Shown piece by piece: positions 1 to 13,844 of a stretch of DNA of 64,000 nt. Source of the DNA: Geosiphon pyriformis uo1 (lineage: Eukaryota > Fungi > Glomeromycota); NCBI GenBank assembly GCA_016748015.1, contig JAAOMT010000261.1, positions 198,733-262,732 on the forward strand, given 5' to 3'. A program made the translations under genes and the position numbers. How positions within the stretch are numbered: position 1 is the first letter of the stretch; every line of letters starts with the position of its first letter. The notes below the pieces were generated by a model, which searched no databases, was not told the DNA's origin, and worked only from the letters and a program-made list of their open reading frames with translations.

Positions 1-506
1 ATAAGCAATGAGTCTCTTAGCTGTAGAAAATCATCTCTCAGACAAGAATCAAATAAATAAAAATAACAACTTTCATCTTAATTATTCTCTTATCACTAAT
101 TTTTTTTTCCCTACCTTCAAGTATCTGAACATCTTAGGATAAAAGATTACTTGTTGGCTTTTTCCTGTTTGAATAATTGTAGTATTTGAAGCCTATTTGT
201 ATAAACGTAACTGAAGAGCACAAGTTGATACCTGATATTGAATTCTAAGAGCACTGATGTGAAGACATAGAATTAATACCAGTAGTGATTAATTGTTGAC
301 AGTACAGACTATTCCTCTATCTTCAGATTCTCCAGTTACCTTTAAAAAGAATAACAACTAAGATATTTTATGAGACTGATCTTACACATTAAATCCATAC
401 TCATTCAATTCGCTCTTTAAAGTTGAATTCCCCTTTGATTATTTTTATCACCCTACAATCCTGTTCTCCCTTGCTATCTATTAGCTTGTTACTCCAACAC
501 ATAACA
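1..506. mobile_element. Partial LTR (truncated by window edge) inserted into the integrase C-terminus of E1
   Basis: Ends ...CACATAACA at 506, exactly where the E1 integrase frame (GNGAYKL) breaks off; the same TAACA terminus is found on the other LTRs; next 4 nt GTAG. Confidence 0.65.
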
Positions 507-1699
507 GTAGTTTGTAAGCTCCATTTCCTAAAGCTTTGTGTATGTGGAATGGACTGTTCCACTTTGGGTCAAACTTTCCACTCCACTGTTTCTTAGCTTT
601 TGTATAATATAACAGTACCTGGTCTCCAATCTTGAATTTCATTGGTTGTTTAGATAGGTGATTGTCATGTCTTTTCTTTTGTTGTTTTTGAACATTATTA
701 ATGTTATCAGCTTGTTTTTCAATTGTTTTCTAATGTTTCTATTAACTGGTACGTTCTGTGGTACAAGGTAGCTTTAAAATTCTTTTCATTGATTGTTTCT
801 GTTGGGTAGAACAATATTTCTCATTCAATAGGTAACATAGCTTTCCTTCCATAGACTAGTTCGAATGGTGTGAAGTGTATCGTATTTTGCTTTAGTGTTC
901 GGTATGCAAAGAGTACTGAAAGTATGAATAAGTTCTATTCTTGTTTGTTTTCTTGACTTATTTTTACTAGTGCTTTACACAATGTTTGGTTAAACTGTTC
1001 TACCAGTCCGTTAGTTTGTGGATATGATAATGATAAAGAATGTTTTATACCAAACTATTGGCTTAATTCTGTTAACGTATTATTGACAAAATGTATTCCT
1101 TGATTGGATAACAATTTTTTTGGACATCCATGTCGGCAAATTAGGTCTTGATGTACGAACTCAGCTACTGTTTTGGCATTGGCCACTTGAATTGGTTTGG
1201 CTTCTGGTCATTTTGTAAGATAATCAATGGCTACAGTGATATACTGATTTCCTTTGGATGTAATTGAGAGAAAACCAACCAAATCAATCCCAATTCTATC
1301 AAATGGATTTTCAACTGGAATGGGTCAAAGTGGTTCTGTTGATCTTGCTTCTCCTTTTCACTGGCATGTGTCACAATTGAGTACGTATTCAAAAATGTCT
1401 TTGTACATCATTGGCCAATAGTATAAATTTAGTGTTCTTTCAAGGGTAGCATCTTTGTTAAAGTGTTTTGACATTGGATCTGAGTGCATGCTATATAGTA
1501 TAGTTTCTCTTTTACTGTCCTTGATTAGTTGTTGTGGGGTGGGGTGGTTTTGGCGTTCTTGTCAATATAGTTAGTTGTCTTAAATAAAATAATTTTGGGC
1601 TTGTTTTCTTATGGTACTTTGTTCCTGTTGAAATAATATCTCCTTGAAATGTAGTGTTGATAGGTACTAATGTAGTCATTAATAAGTGAGTGTGTCCAT
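507..1699 (-). pseudogene. E1 integrase ORF (HHCC, DDE, GPY/F-like end; no chromodomain seen)
   Basis: Own ATG at 1699 (MDTLTY..); GIDLVG, SNQGIHF, QTNGLVE, SGKFDPKWNSPFHI motifs. Confidence 0.85.
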
Positions 1700-3531
1700 G
1701 GGTCTGGGATTAGGTTTGTGGCATTCTTGACAAACTGTTGGCATTGATGTTCTTGGATTCTTCTTTGTAATAGACTTTAAGTGGGAATTGTTGCAGATAA
1801 GTACTCCATCTTGCATATTTTCCTTCTAATTGTGGATTATTGAGTAACCAAATAAGTCTTTTGTGATCGGTATATAGGTCAAATAGTTGACTGAGGTAAT
1901 GTTTTCAAGTCTGTATAGCCCAATAAATGGCAAGGCATTCCAGATCTGTTGTGCTGTAATTTTTTTCTGCTGGGCTCATGTTGTAACTGGTGTAGGCAAC
2001 TGGATGTTTTCTATTGTCTGGTCCTATCTGAGATAATACTGCTCCTAAAGCATTTTTTAAAGCATTCATAGTGACAATGAACCATTTAGTAAAATTTGGA
2101 TAGATCAGGATTGGGAATGTGATCAATTGCTGTTTGAGATAGTCAAATGCTTTCTGTTGATCTTCCTTCCACAAGTACAGTACGTATTTGGACAACAATT
2201 GATGGAGTGGTTTTGTGATGTTTGAGAAATCTTTGACAAATCGACAATAATATCCTACCAATCCTAAAAATCTTTGTAATTCTCTGAGGTTGGTTGGGGC
2301 TAGAAAATCCTTAACTTTTTGTATTTTATCTGAATCAGATTTAACTCTGTCCTTGCCGATTACATGTCCTAGGAACTTTAACTTGGTTTTTCCAAAGAAG
2401 CACTTCTTGGGATTGAGTTTCAATCTGGCACTATGAAGACATTCAAAGACTGGTTGCAAGTGGAGCAAATGGTCATCAAATGTTTCAAAGAACACGTTTG
2501 TGTCATCTAAGTAGACTACTACTGTTTTCCAAAGAATTTTTTGTATACTATATCCATCAGGCATTGAAACATGGTAGGAGCATTACAAAGTCCAAAAAGC
2601 ATTACGTTAAACTCAAAGTTTCCATCTTGAGTGGTAAACACTGTTTTTTCTTTGTCTTTGGAGTCCATTTCAACTTGCCAATAACCATTTGCTAGATCTA
2701 ATGATGAAAACCATTTTTTTTTTCCTAGATTGTCCAGAATTTTTTGGATGAGGGGAGTGAAATAACTATCTCCTCACGTAATGCTATTTAATTTTCAGTA
2801 ATCCATGCAAAATTGTACCTTTCTGTTTTTCTTGGTAACCAAGACTACTGGAGAGGACCAAAGACTTAACAATTCTTTGATTAGGCTGTTATCAAGCATC
2901 TATTGCATTTCTTGCTTAATTAGGTTATCACTAGATAAGAGTACACAGTAAGTTCATTGCTTAATCAGTCGAGCATCTCCCATATCAATCTGATGTTTTA
3001 CAATGTCAGTGCATCCGAACTCATTTTCGCTAGCAAAGACATTGGCATGCTGATTCAGAAGGACTTTGAGTTGTATTTCTTGCAGGATACTTAAGTTTCC
3101 TAAATTCAATTTATTGATCTCTTCTGGTGTGAACAAGTAACTTTCTTTTGGCAAATTTCATACTTGTGAGATAATATCACAGAATAAGAATAATTGTGCG
3201 AAGTCTGGAATGGATTGGAGTTTTTCAGGATTCTGAATATCTACGGATATGGAACTGACAAGAGTCCCTTTGGAAATTTTAATAACATCTTCTGTCAGGT
3301 TGTGGATATAAATTTTGAAGTGTTTATGGGCTTTGACTGGTAGGTATAGATTAGCAATATTAGCTAGGGAACAGATTTTGGGACTGGCTTCAAATAACAG
3401 GGCTTGATCTTGGATCTTTTGATTCACTTTGAAGATGTATTGTCAGTATGGGAGAATGGAGATAACAGTTTTGGTGTAGATAAATTCTACCTGATTACTG
3501 TCTTCCTTCGTGAAATTAACTGGTACATTTC

Positions 3532-3925
3532 TTCTTCTATTTGATCCAAATCCGTTGATTCCTCGGGCAGTGAGGTCTAATTCTTCTCGGGTTGTTACTG
3601 GGGTCAATTGGGATATTTTGATTAGGGATAGGAAAATAGCTTGGGTAATCTTTTCTTGTAATTCTATTTTGTAGAGTCTGTCCAAATTGTTCTGTAGCAT
3701 CATGATGATGTTCTCTATGTAACCAGCATCGATGATTTCTCCTTTTACATTGATTCCTTTCTTGGCTAGACTAGATCAAGAGGCAACTTGTACCATTGTA
3801 CTAACAGAAATTTCTAATGCTATCTTAAGATCTATTTTTACAAAGGAATGTGAGGCTATAATGATGGGTGATTGTCTGGGGTATCATAAGTTAAAACTGG
3901 CATCAGTGTTATGTGCTCTTTTGGA
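3532..3925 (-). pseudogene. E1 dUTPase domain
   Basis: TDASFNL (motif I), AS*SSLAKKG (II), IIDAGY (III), KITQAIF (IV), RGINGFGS (V). Confidence 0.85.
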
Positions 3926-6900
3926 GCAGATTTCTTCTTCATTGTTACTGTACTATTTTAGCTCTAGTTCTTTGAATAGGTTGGGATATGTGAGATACTA
4001 TTCTGTTTTGGTATCCTCAGTTAGATCTTGAAATAACATGTCCTCAATGATTAATGCCTCTTTTTCTTTGGGCTCAGGTAGTTCAGTGATTGAAAACAGT
4101 ATTTTTGGAGGTAGATTGAATATGAGATCACATTTGTTACAGTACTAGAAGTGATAGAGGATCAAACAGTGATTGCACAGTTTGGTATTTAAATTGGCTA
4201 ACCTTTGCTCTTGTTTTTTTTGAGTTGGGGCCAATTCTTAATATTGGTTCTGAAATGCGTTTGGGTCATCCATAAAAAAATTGTCTGTGGAGTAGTCAGG
4301 TCTATTATATTTAGGTGTCTAGGGGTTATCCTTGATTTTTTGTATCTCTTTGGACATGGCATTTTCAGCTTTGGCATTTGTCATTCTCCAGATTTTGTGG
4401 TCATTGTGTGGATAACTGTTTAACCTGTTGAGTGCTTATTTCCAAGCGTCTTTAATGGGAGTTCTCTTTTGTACCCAATTGTTGATTAATATGGTGTATT
4501 AACAAGCCTTGTTGCATGTTTTTTCTCTATCAGGCACATCATTCCAAAGTCTTTCATTGGGCAGGATCTTGCCACATATAAGACATGGCGTGTTGTTTTA
4601 TTTGTTTTGTCATTTTGGTTGTCCAAATCTTTCCAGTAAACAAGATTTGCAGTAGTATTTGGTGGTAGTGGGCCATTCTTTATTGTCTCCAATACATGCA
4701 CCCATAGTAGATAGCTTCTTTTCACAATTGACACATATTAGTTTTGGAAGTTGGTAAAATAAATTTCTTTGGTCTGAAGTTACATATCTTATTGATAACA
4801 ATTGGGACTTTTCTTTAGCTCTGCCTTTTCTTTTTTCTTCCCAGATTGATGGTAAGGGTAGTTCAATTCGATAATCATCCACCCATAAAACCTGATAGGT
4901 CTCAATGGTTGGTGGCAGTAGTGTGTTTTCGAATTTAATAAGAGGTTCCTCGATATGTTGAGTTTTAAAGTGTCTGCATGTAACTGGAACTCGGGCATGC
5001 TGTCTGTTGAACGTAAGTTGAAGTTCTTGGATGTTCTAATCGAGAGTAGTGTTGGCTTTTGACAACCAATCATTTCCCATTAGAGCTTGATATTGAGTAG
5101 CTTCCATAATGAGTACTTTGATAGGGATCTGAATTCTATTAATCTCAAAGGGAAAGTTGTCAATTTCTCCTATCAGAGTTTTTGTGTTTCCATCCACTGT
5201 GATGATCTGGGCAGTAGTGGCATAGTCTACTTAGTGACCTAGTTGGTTCATGAGCTGCTTCATAATTATGCTACTGGCTCAGGATTAATTTAATGTCTAT
5301 TCCTCTAACTCTGGCATCAGTATATAGGGCCATTATTGGTTTATCCTGATTGATGGCTGCTTTACTAAAAAGGCTATGGGTGTTCAAATTATTGATGTTG
5401 AAAGGAAATATGGCAGTTAGGGTGGTGTCTTTGGTAATAGTAGCTGGTGGGATATTGCTTTTTGTTTGCTTAAAAGGTTGGGAGATTTGTTCTACATTCT
5501 CCCTTTTCACAGGTGTAGATTTGTCAAAACTCTGGTCTTCCATAAGACCAAGATAGAAAGCTTGATTCAGGTATTTAATTGGTGTTGGTCAAGATTGAGC
5601 AGAACCGTGAGAGATTGGTCGAAATGGTCCACTGTTGGTTTGCACCTGATTGTTGTTGGAATTCCTTCATTCCTGATTATAGTTTATGACTTGAGGTCTG
5701 AATGAGCTGTGAGGAGAAGTTTGATAGTGAGAAATTGCTTGTGTTATCAGTAGTGGTTGATAATAATTCTGGGACAGTGGTTGAGTGTATGAGACTTGTT
5801 GTGCATATTGGGACAGTTGATTCTAAGGTATAGAATATTAAAGTACCATGCTTTGCTGATATCTGAGTTGCTGGTATTGGTTCCCTTGATTTTGGTCCAT
5901 TATCTTCTTTCTGCAATCATGAACAATATGTTCAGGTTTCTGGCAGTAGTAACAGTTGTGGAGATCAGATCTCCAAGGTTGTTGCTGTTGCTGATAGTTC
6001 TGTTGCTGTGGGTATCTGCTGTTGTTGTTATTTTCTCTCTGTTGTAGTAGTTGATAAGTTTCTGTGCTTCCAGCTAAGAATCTCTCAATTTTTTGAGTTA
6101 ATTTTTTACTTAATTGGGTTATTTTTGTGTCAATGTCAGAGGTTCTATTGATGGCTAAATTAACGGCTTGAGTATGGTTTACTTCTTGCTCGGCTGACTC
6201 AAAATCACAAGTGAAAATGACTGCTTCTTGTAGATTTGCCAGATGGCAAGGTTGTATGGATCTTAGAAAGCTGCTTCTTAGTCCTTTGATGAATTGATTA
6301 AGGACTTGCATGGTGGTATAATAATTTTGCTTGATGGCTAGGATTTGTTGAAAAACCTGATTGAATCTTCCAAAATAAGTAGTTGCTGCTTTATGGTCGT
6401 TTTGTTTTATTATACTGAATTGATTTTGCAATCAGATGAATGTATTAGGGTCACAGAAGTATTGCAGAAATGTGAGTTTAAACTCTGTAAAAGAGGTAGG
6501 CTTCTCTGCAAGGCTCTGGTACCACGAATTAGCAGTTTCAGTCAGAAAAAACAGCAGTGTCTGAATTGTGTGATTGTCGTTTCAACCATTAGTAGTAATT
6601 GCTTTTTCGGTGTCCACAATCCAAGAATATGCATTATCTTCTTTACTAGAGAATTTTTCCAATTTAGCAATATCCTGGTAAGCTATGATCCAGTTAATGA
6701 ATAGGATATTACTAGTTATGATTAAGGGGATTGGTGTCCGTGTATTTGAGTGTTCTCCAGATGCTAATGCTGGTTGTTTTCCTTTGTTGCTTGAACCAAT
6801 AGGTTGTAGGATAGCTGTTTCTTCCATCAAGGGAAATGCTGATTCTGTTGGGTTTTGTGCTGGTGGCTGTTCCCAAGTTGACGTGTTTCCTTCTGATTGA

Positions 6901-7531
6901 CTGGCTGTTGGGGTAAGATTTTCAAACAGTGATCCGTATTCTCCTAGTGATTTGTTCTAACTTTGTTAATTTCAAGGATATGAGTTTTCAGAAGTTTGTG
7001 GTGTTTCCAACTGGGTTTCCAGGGGTGGGTTGAATACAATTCTACTTTGAGGTGTCTGATGGTATGATAAAATTGTTGGGAAGAGAATCCTTGGTTTTTT
7101 GTTGACCATAGATTTGTCTTGGGCAGTTGTGGGATTATTGGATTTGTACTCGTATTCCTCCAAATCAGATTCTATTGGTTGTTGTACTTGAGAGAATTGT
7201 TTTGTCAAGTAGTGTTTAATGTCCATATCAATTATGCATAGGATTTCAGTAATTGCTTGAGTATTAGTAATTATTGAGTACCTTAGTAAGCTTTGATGAA
7301 TTTGTTTTTTAAGTCTTTCTGTATTAGTTGCCCAGCCTAACAAGCAGTTGATTTTTGTGTTGATATAGTTGCAAAAATCACTTTCTGCAATGGTGGTTTC
7401 TGCTGGTATTCTTAGATCTTTTTGAAAGTATTGAAATAGTGCTCTTCCATATGAGGAGTGGTTCTTTCCTATTGTTTCAATAGTCACCACTTTTGTGTAT
7501 CTCTGAGATGTTCTGTTTCTGTAGATTTATA

Positions 7532-7549
7532 ACCTCACACAGAGCACCA
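7532..7549 (-). promoter_or_regulatory. E1 primer-binding site TGGTGCTCTGTGTGAGGT (possibly elongator tRNA-Met)
   Basis: 2 nt inside the LTR; the complement ACCTCACACAGAGCACCA has tRNA 3'-end architecture. tRNA identity is from recall, not searched. Confidence 0.75.
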
Positions 7550-7551
7550 AA

Positions 7552-8595
7552 TATTATGGGTAAACTTGGTAGATATGAGAAATAATAATGTTTGGTGCTC
7601 TTAATTATTGATGATACATCTTCTGTGTAATTCTGTTGGCTTAGTCTTGATTATCAGTCTCTAAAAGTCTATTCCTGAATGTGAATTTACCTGTTGAGTT
7701 CTTTTGTTATAAGACACAGAGTTTGTCTTTCATTGATTACAACATTTTCCATAAATGTGAGTAGTCGTTAGGGTCTGGTGTTGTCTTTTCGCCCTTCTGG
7801 TAAGCTGACAAGATAATATTAATATCTAAAACTTAGAAAGAGCTTTTTTCTTTTACCAGGCTATCACGAAGTCTATTCCCAGATAGTCAATTTTACTATG
7901 TTGCCACTCTACAAAAAAATAAGAAAGAAAAAGAAAAAGAAAAGAAAAGAAAAGAAAAGAAAGAAAAGATAATTTAGTATCATCAATCACTGTGATCAAG
8001 AGTGATTGGTCCAAATTGTTGATCATTCAAGGCAGTTATGCTAAGAGCATTTGTCCTAGAACAAAAATATGAGACAAGAGTTAATTCATGTAAATTCCAC
8101 AAAGTTTGAGAACATAAATTTGTGACTCTGATTTCTTTAATAATTGGTTTATTTCAAAAGATGAAATAGGGAGGATAATAAATGATAAAGGGGTATGGAT
8201 ATTTGATTCTTGTCTAGAGATTCATATCTATCTGTCTGTCTGTCTTTTCTAACTTCTACAACTACTTGCTTTTATACATTCTTTTGGTTTTACAAGATTG
8301 CTTTCAATTGTTTCACTATCACTAGCTATTGCTTTGTTATTTCTGTTATTGCTTCATTTTTCTATATTATCACTAGTTATCCTATGTTATAACACATTAT
8401 CTGACATTATTACATGTTATTCTGTGTTATCTTGCATTATAACACGTTATCCTACATTATTACATGCTATTCTGTGTTATCCTACATTATAACATATTAT
8501 CTTATATTATAATGCATTATCTAATGTTATTGCACTATTTTGTGTTATGTCACATTTTTTTATAACTTTGGATTGGTTTTTCTACTCAGGTAACA
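7552..8595 (-). repeat. E1 5' LTR (~1044 bp)
   Basis: Bounded by decayed TATTATGGG next to the PBS and GGTAACA at 8595; internal tandem repeats ~8380-8530; E2 gag resumes immediately at 8596. Confidence 0.75.
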
Positions 8596-9335
8596 CTGTT
8601 AGTCTCTGGGAAATAACTGATTTTGAGAAAGAGAAAAGCAGTGATCAAGAAATTAATAAACAAAATCCAATTCCAGAAAACCCAGAAATTCAAGCTTTAA
8701 TCATTTCAACTTAGCAAAAACAGAATAATCTAAACCCTGCTCTTATTGTTCTCCAAAACTTATCTCCAGTAATTAAGATCAACTCATTATCTATTCTACC
8801 AATTGTCAAACAACAACAGCAGTAGCCACAACTACCACCTTAGCAACAACTATAACAGCAACCTCAACCTCAACCACAACAACAACTACTGTTAGCACCA
8901 ATAGCATACACACCCATTACCAAAATTAAGAAATTTACTGGTAAGAAGAACAACACCCAAGTATGGTTCAATGATGTAGAAAAAGCCATCATAGCTAATA
9001 GATAGAATAATGACAAAGCCCTTTAAGTGATCCCTTATTTTCTCCAAAATACTACTGATTCATGATACCAGAGTTTAACTGCCAAACCACAAACTTTCCA
9101 AGAATTCAAACTGGAATTTGTGAGATATTTCAGTAACAATAATAGCATTAACCACTTGGCAAATACCTTTACTACCATCAAGCAAAGAGAAAGTAAAACA
9201 GTCACTACATACTTAGAATGCTTCTATAAAAATCTGCACCAAATTTAAGCCATCAATGCTAACTATTTTACAGTGGTCCAGATCCTGAATCAGTTTATCC
9301 ATAGACTATGCAGTAGTATTTTTTAACACATACAT

Positions 9336-11296
9336 TGTTACTTATAGAATATAAGAATTAAATATTAGTATATAAATTAGCCAATCAGAATAAAATGTAG
9401 TAAAAGTGGAATTTCAGGATTCCTTTCAGAGAAATTGCAGGATTCCAGGAATTTCAGGATTCTTATACAAGAAATTGCAGGATTTCAGAATTCCAGAATT
9501 TCTTTCAAAGAAATTGCAGAATTTCAAGAATTCCAGAATTCCTGGCTAGAAAATTAAAGAATTCAAGAAATCTCATACAATAAAATTTATGTATATATAG
9601 CAGTAGTATCAGAAGCTAGAAAATTAATCAAGAAGATTCAAAATTAGTAAGACTCTTAGAGTTAATTAAACTTACAGGTCATAATTATTAAATACTTCTT
9701 CTTTTAAAAATAATTGTTATTAACCAAAATGAAATTATATCAATAAAATATCTCTTCAATTCTTCAAATCCATGTTATTGTTATTTTTTGAGAATCTACT
9801 CACTTTTTTATTTATCAACACTTCATGTTAATAAAATTCAACACTTAAGTATACTAGAACAATAGCTCTTGATTATGGCTATTGATAGGATACTAACATT
9901 TATTGTCTTAACTTATTTTTTTATTTTCTTTTATTTTCTTTTGTTATTTTTTTTTGTTTTATTAATTGATTAAGGATTAAAAAGCATTGAGTTATTAACA
10001 TTAAAGATAGTCTGATAAAAGACCCCAAAGAAAGGATATAGTATTGAGAATTTAAGGATAGCTTACCAAAAGGGCATCTCTGCCAAATTACTGGTGTTAC
10101 TGGAGGTTTTTGGTCTCTTTTCTTGAATGTTGTTAATGTTAATTTGCTGTGAATTCACATTTCCAGGAAGTAGTTGGACCTCCAGTAACTGAATTTATCT
10201 TTAAATTATTTCCTATAATTTGAACTGCTGGGCTTATGTGTGAAATGGCCAATTCTGTGCCAGTTACTTTGTATAGTTATGTTGTAGTAAACATTAACTC
10301 TTTCTCAGAAATTGCTCATCTGAAAGCTTACTAAAAATGTGTAGTTACTTTGCTGTAAAAGTCAACTCTTCTATAGAAATCTCGTCTGTAGGCTACCTTA
10401 ATAATTGTAATAAGAAAATAAAAGAAAAATAAAAGAAATGTAAAAGAAATAGAATTCTGTCAAGGAAAACGTTTTCTATTCAGGCCTGGAGTCACTAACA
10501 GTTTACTGAAATTGGTAGCTAATCAATTTCAAAACATTAGTTGGGTTTTTGGAGATTTTTCAAGTGCAATATTTAAAGAAATTGGTTTTTTTGAATTATT
10601 TGATATTTTATTTCTTTTTGTATATGTAGGAATGGTTCTAAGTAATAAATCTAAAGTAAGATACATTTTCTTGAAGAGAAAAGCTCTTCTTTTATACAAC
10701 TTGTTGTAGTACTAGTCTATGAACTTGCACTTTTTCTCTTTGCTCAACTTTCGGCAAACTAAAGATACATTTTGATGAACTACAAGTTATTTCACTGAAC
10801 TATTAATTAATTTGGGTGAACTATTCATAATTTCGGTGAATTTTTTATAAATTTCGGCGAATTTCTGTAAATTTCGGCGAATTTTAGAATGTTACAAAGT
10901 TCAGAGTATTGTGTAATTTAATCATCCTACTTTCTGTTATACTAATTAGATTATTTTAATTGAATTGTAATATGTGATAATTGATTAAATAATAAATGAT
11001 AATTTGAAATAATATTAATATACTAATTAATTATAGGAATTATAAAAGTTATTTCATGCTAATTAATAGCTAAAATTCTACTGGTAACACTGGCCACCAC
11101 ACTGAGAAAGAAATTCAACAGAATTGTGATTCTAGAAGGCTACTGAGACATTATTGAATCTCTGTCTATTATACAAAGAACTCAACTAAAACCTTCAGAT
11201 AACCAAAATCTTCAGAAACCAACATTATTAAATCAATTGAACACCAAGTTATGGATTTGTTATTTGCTTTAAAACTCCAAATAATTACTTGTAACA
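9336..11296 (+). mobile_element. Solo LTR related to the E2 LTR, inserted in E2 gag and itself interrupted
   Basis: TGTTAC..GTAACA; colinear with 28655-29516; flanks ACAT/ATGT. Confidence 0.88.
10095..11089 (-). mobile_element. Solo LTR of the E3 family
   Basis: Colinear with 16958-17926 and 26611-27579; exact TSD CTGG (10091-10094, 11090-11093). Confidence 0.93.
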
Positions 11297-13844
11297 ATGT
11301 CCATTACATCTAGCTAATCTTCAAGCCATTGTCACTCATGTCAAAGACTTTGAATTAGCCAAACTTAAAGCCAGTCATGCCCAAGCTGTTAATCTAGTAA
11401 TGAATGGATCATTTGAATTGGATTTTAAGTTGAAACAATTCAGTAATTCCATTAATCAAAAATTAGAGGGATACTTAGCTAGTAATTAGACAATTTATCA
11501 ACCTTCACAACAATGCAATAATCAAGAAAATGCGAATTATTTCCAAAATTAGCTGCATTTATTACTATTGACCAATTAGCAATGGCAATAGGAGACATGT
11601 GTTTGCCACTATTGTGGTAAACAAGGACATTTGAGAATTGATTGCAGGTTAAGAATAGATAATCAATGATTGGAAAATCAATATCAAAACCCTAATTACC
11701 AGTTTCAAACTCCAAGATATCAACCCAACTTAGAACTATATCAACCAAATTACCAGTCAGTGACACAGCTGCCAATTTATTAACCACTCATTTATCAAAC
11801 TCTGGCACCAGTTATTTATCAACTGCAGCCACAAATAATATATCAATCTCAACAAATCCCAACACTGTCACCAAATTCAGCTCAGATGACATCAGAAAAT
11901 CTCAGATCTAGAGTTACTCAAAACTGGAGATTGGTGATAGTTGTCTACCAACTGATTCCTAGCTCAGCAAATCAGCCATTAGAATTATGCCAATGGAATT
12001 CAGAAACTGAATACACCCAAAATTCGAATTCCCAATACTATTTAAGTTTCTTAGTTACTCCAGAAAATGCTTCACCCCACAACCAAAAAACCAACCAAAA
12101 GCAGTTACTTACCAGCAATATTCTATCTATAACCAGCACCAAAGATGAAACTCTTGTCACCATATTTTCTTTTGAATTCGAAGAAACTGCCTTAGTTCTA
12201 TTATTTAGTAGAGCTATCTTTGACAACAGACCCATTACTGCAATATATACTGATGTCAAAGTTAATGGCCATTTCATCAAACTGATCTTAGACAGTGGAT
12301 TAGCTGGCAGCATAATTACCTGACAACTCATGGACCAATTAGGTCACCGAGTTGATCACACTACCAGTGCTAAAATAATTACAATTAATAGAGCCACCAA
12401 AACTCCAATTAATAAAATTGATGACTTTCCATTTGAAATTAACAGTATTATTGCCTCCATCAAAGTTTTGGTAATAGAAGCAACACAATACCAAACACTA
12501 GTTGGTAACAATTGGTTGTCCAAAACCAATACAGTGCTTGATTGAACCACACAAAAGCTCCAACTCAGTCAGAATGGTTAGCACACACATGTACCAGCCA
12601 TATACAGCCACTTTCAGACAAACATGACAACAACACCACTCATAAAATTCAAAAAAAAAAAGAAAAACCTATCTGAAAAGTCTCTTAAGTCTTGTGGGCC
12701 AATGATAAGCACAACAAACTACTGTCTATATCCTTATGAGATGACAAAGGAAAAAAAAAACAAAAAGAGAAACTTACCTGGAATGACAATCAAGAATTAT
12801 GAATTGACAATAATCAAAATAAGCTGACACCAATTTGGAAAGGGAAAAAAACCAAAAAAGAAAAAAAAAAAGAAAAAAAAGAAGAGCCAGCACCAGCAAC
12901 CACTACAACTTATACCCCATATACTTATACTTTACCACAACCATCTAACTATTACTGACTGAAACTGGTGTGCATTGATTATAACAAGAAATTGTTATTA
13001 ATGAGTGTATACTATGGCGACAATAAAGAATACCCAATGGCAACAAAATTTTATTGTCATTTTTGTATTTTCAAACAGTTTGAATGACTCAAAAGACAAA
13101 AAAAATGAGATAACAAATTTTGTTTTGTCTGTGAAACCATTTTGCCTAATAAAGAAATGTGGAATGACATTCCTGGACATAGAAAAATGTGCCAATATAC
13201 TATCCTAATAAATGATTGAGTACAAAAAAAAATTCCAATTAACAATGCATAGAAAAGAGCATTGTAATAATTAGAAAGATATCCTTATAATGAACATAAA
13301 ATCTGGAAAATAGTAAGTGCAAAAGTAAAAGATACCATTTCCAGTAAACTACTAGAAAGTAAAAACAACTCATTATCCCTTTCTGAACCTGAATATGTCC
13401 CAACTTTTGATGTCTTTGGCAACATTAAGGATGATCCTGAAGAATTTTACAAGCACTATTAATGCCTGGCACTAACAAGAAAAGAACAAGAACAGTGTTT
13501 GAAAAAAATAAACACCTAATTATGTGAACACTATTTGATTTCATGTGACTTTCAATATTGTAATAAGTGTGATTTCATCTATAATCTATTACCATGCATA
13601 ATCTACACAATTCCAGAGGAAGAAGAACTAATTAGCAGCTGTGTATTGGACTCAGAATTACCATTCAATTCTGATTCAAACTTCAACAATAATGACAACA
13701 AAAATAATGATTCCAGTTCTATTCAAAACAACAATAAAAATAACAGCAATTTAAACTTCGATTCAAATCCAAAACAATATATTGCACTTCTTGATCTTAC
13801 CAAAAAGCAAGAACTTAAATAGTTCAGCAATAATAATGAAGGTA

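Larger units (their letters stand above)
1710..7550 (-). pseudogene. E1 gag-PR-Cys-rich-dUTPase-RT-RNaseH polyprotein
   Basis: ORF fragments 6972-7490, 5838-6431, 5271-5543 (same frame as gag), 4610-4882, 3443-3703, 1905-2564; ends ANSLSRMPQT* at 1710. Confidence 0.88.
507..8595 (-). mobile_element. E1: decayed Ty3/Gypsy LTR retrotransposon with dUTPase, nested in the gag of E2 (3' end outside window)
   Basis: 5' LTR 7552-8595, PBS, gag CCHC (CYYCQKPEHIVHDC), protease, dUTPase, RT (YLDD), RNaseH, integrase in Gypsy order; many stops and frameshifts. Confidence 0.93.

Noticed and set aside
9408-9545. CRISPR-like repeat array
   Set aside because: Degenerate tandem units without unique spacers, inside eukaryotic LTRs.
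9336-11296. Candidate 5' LTR of E2
   Set aside because: No PBS follows it and E2 gag is continuous on both sides, so it is an inserted solo LTR.
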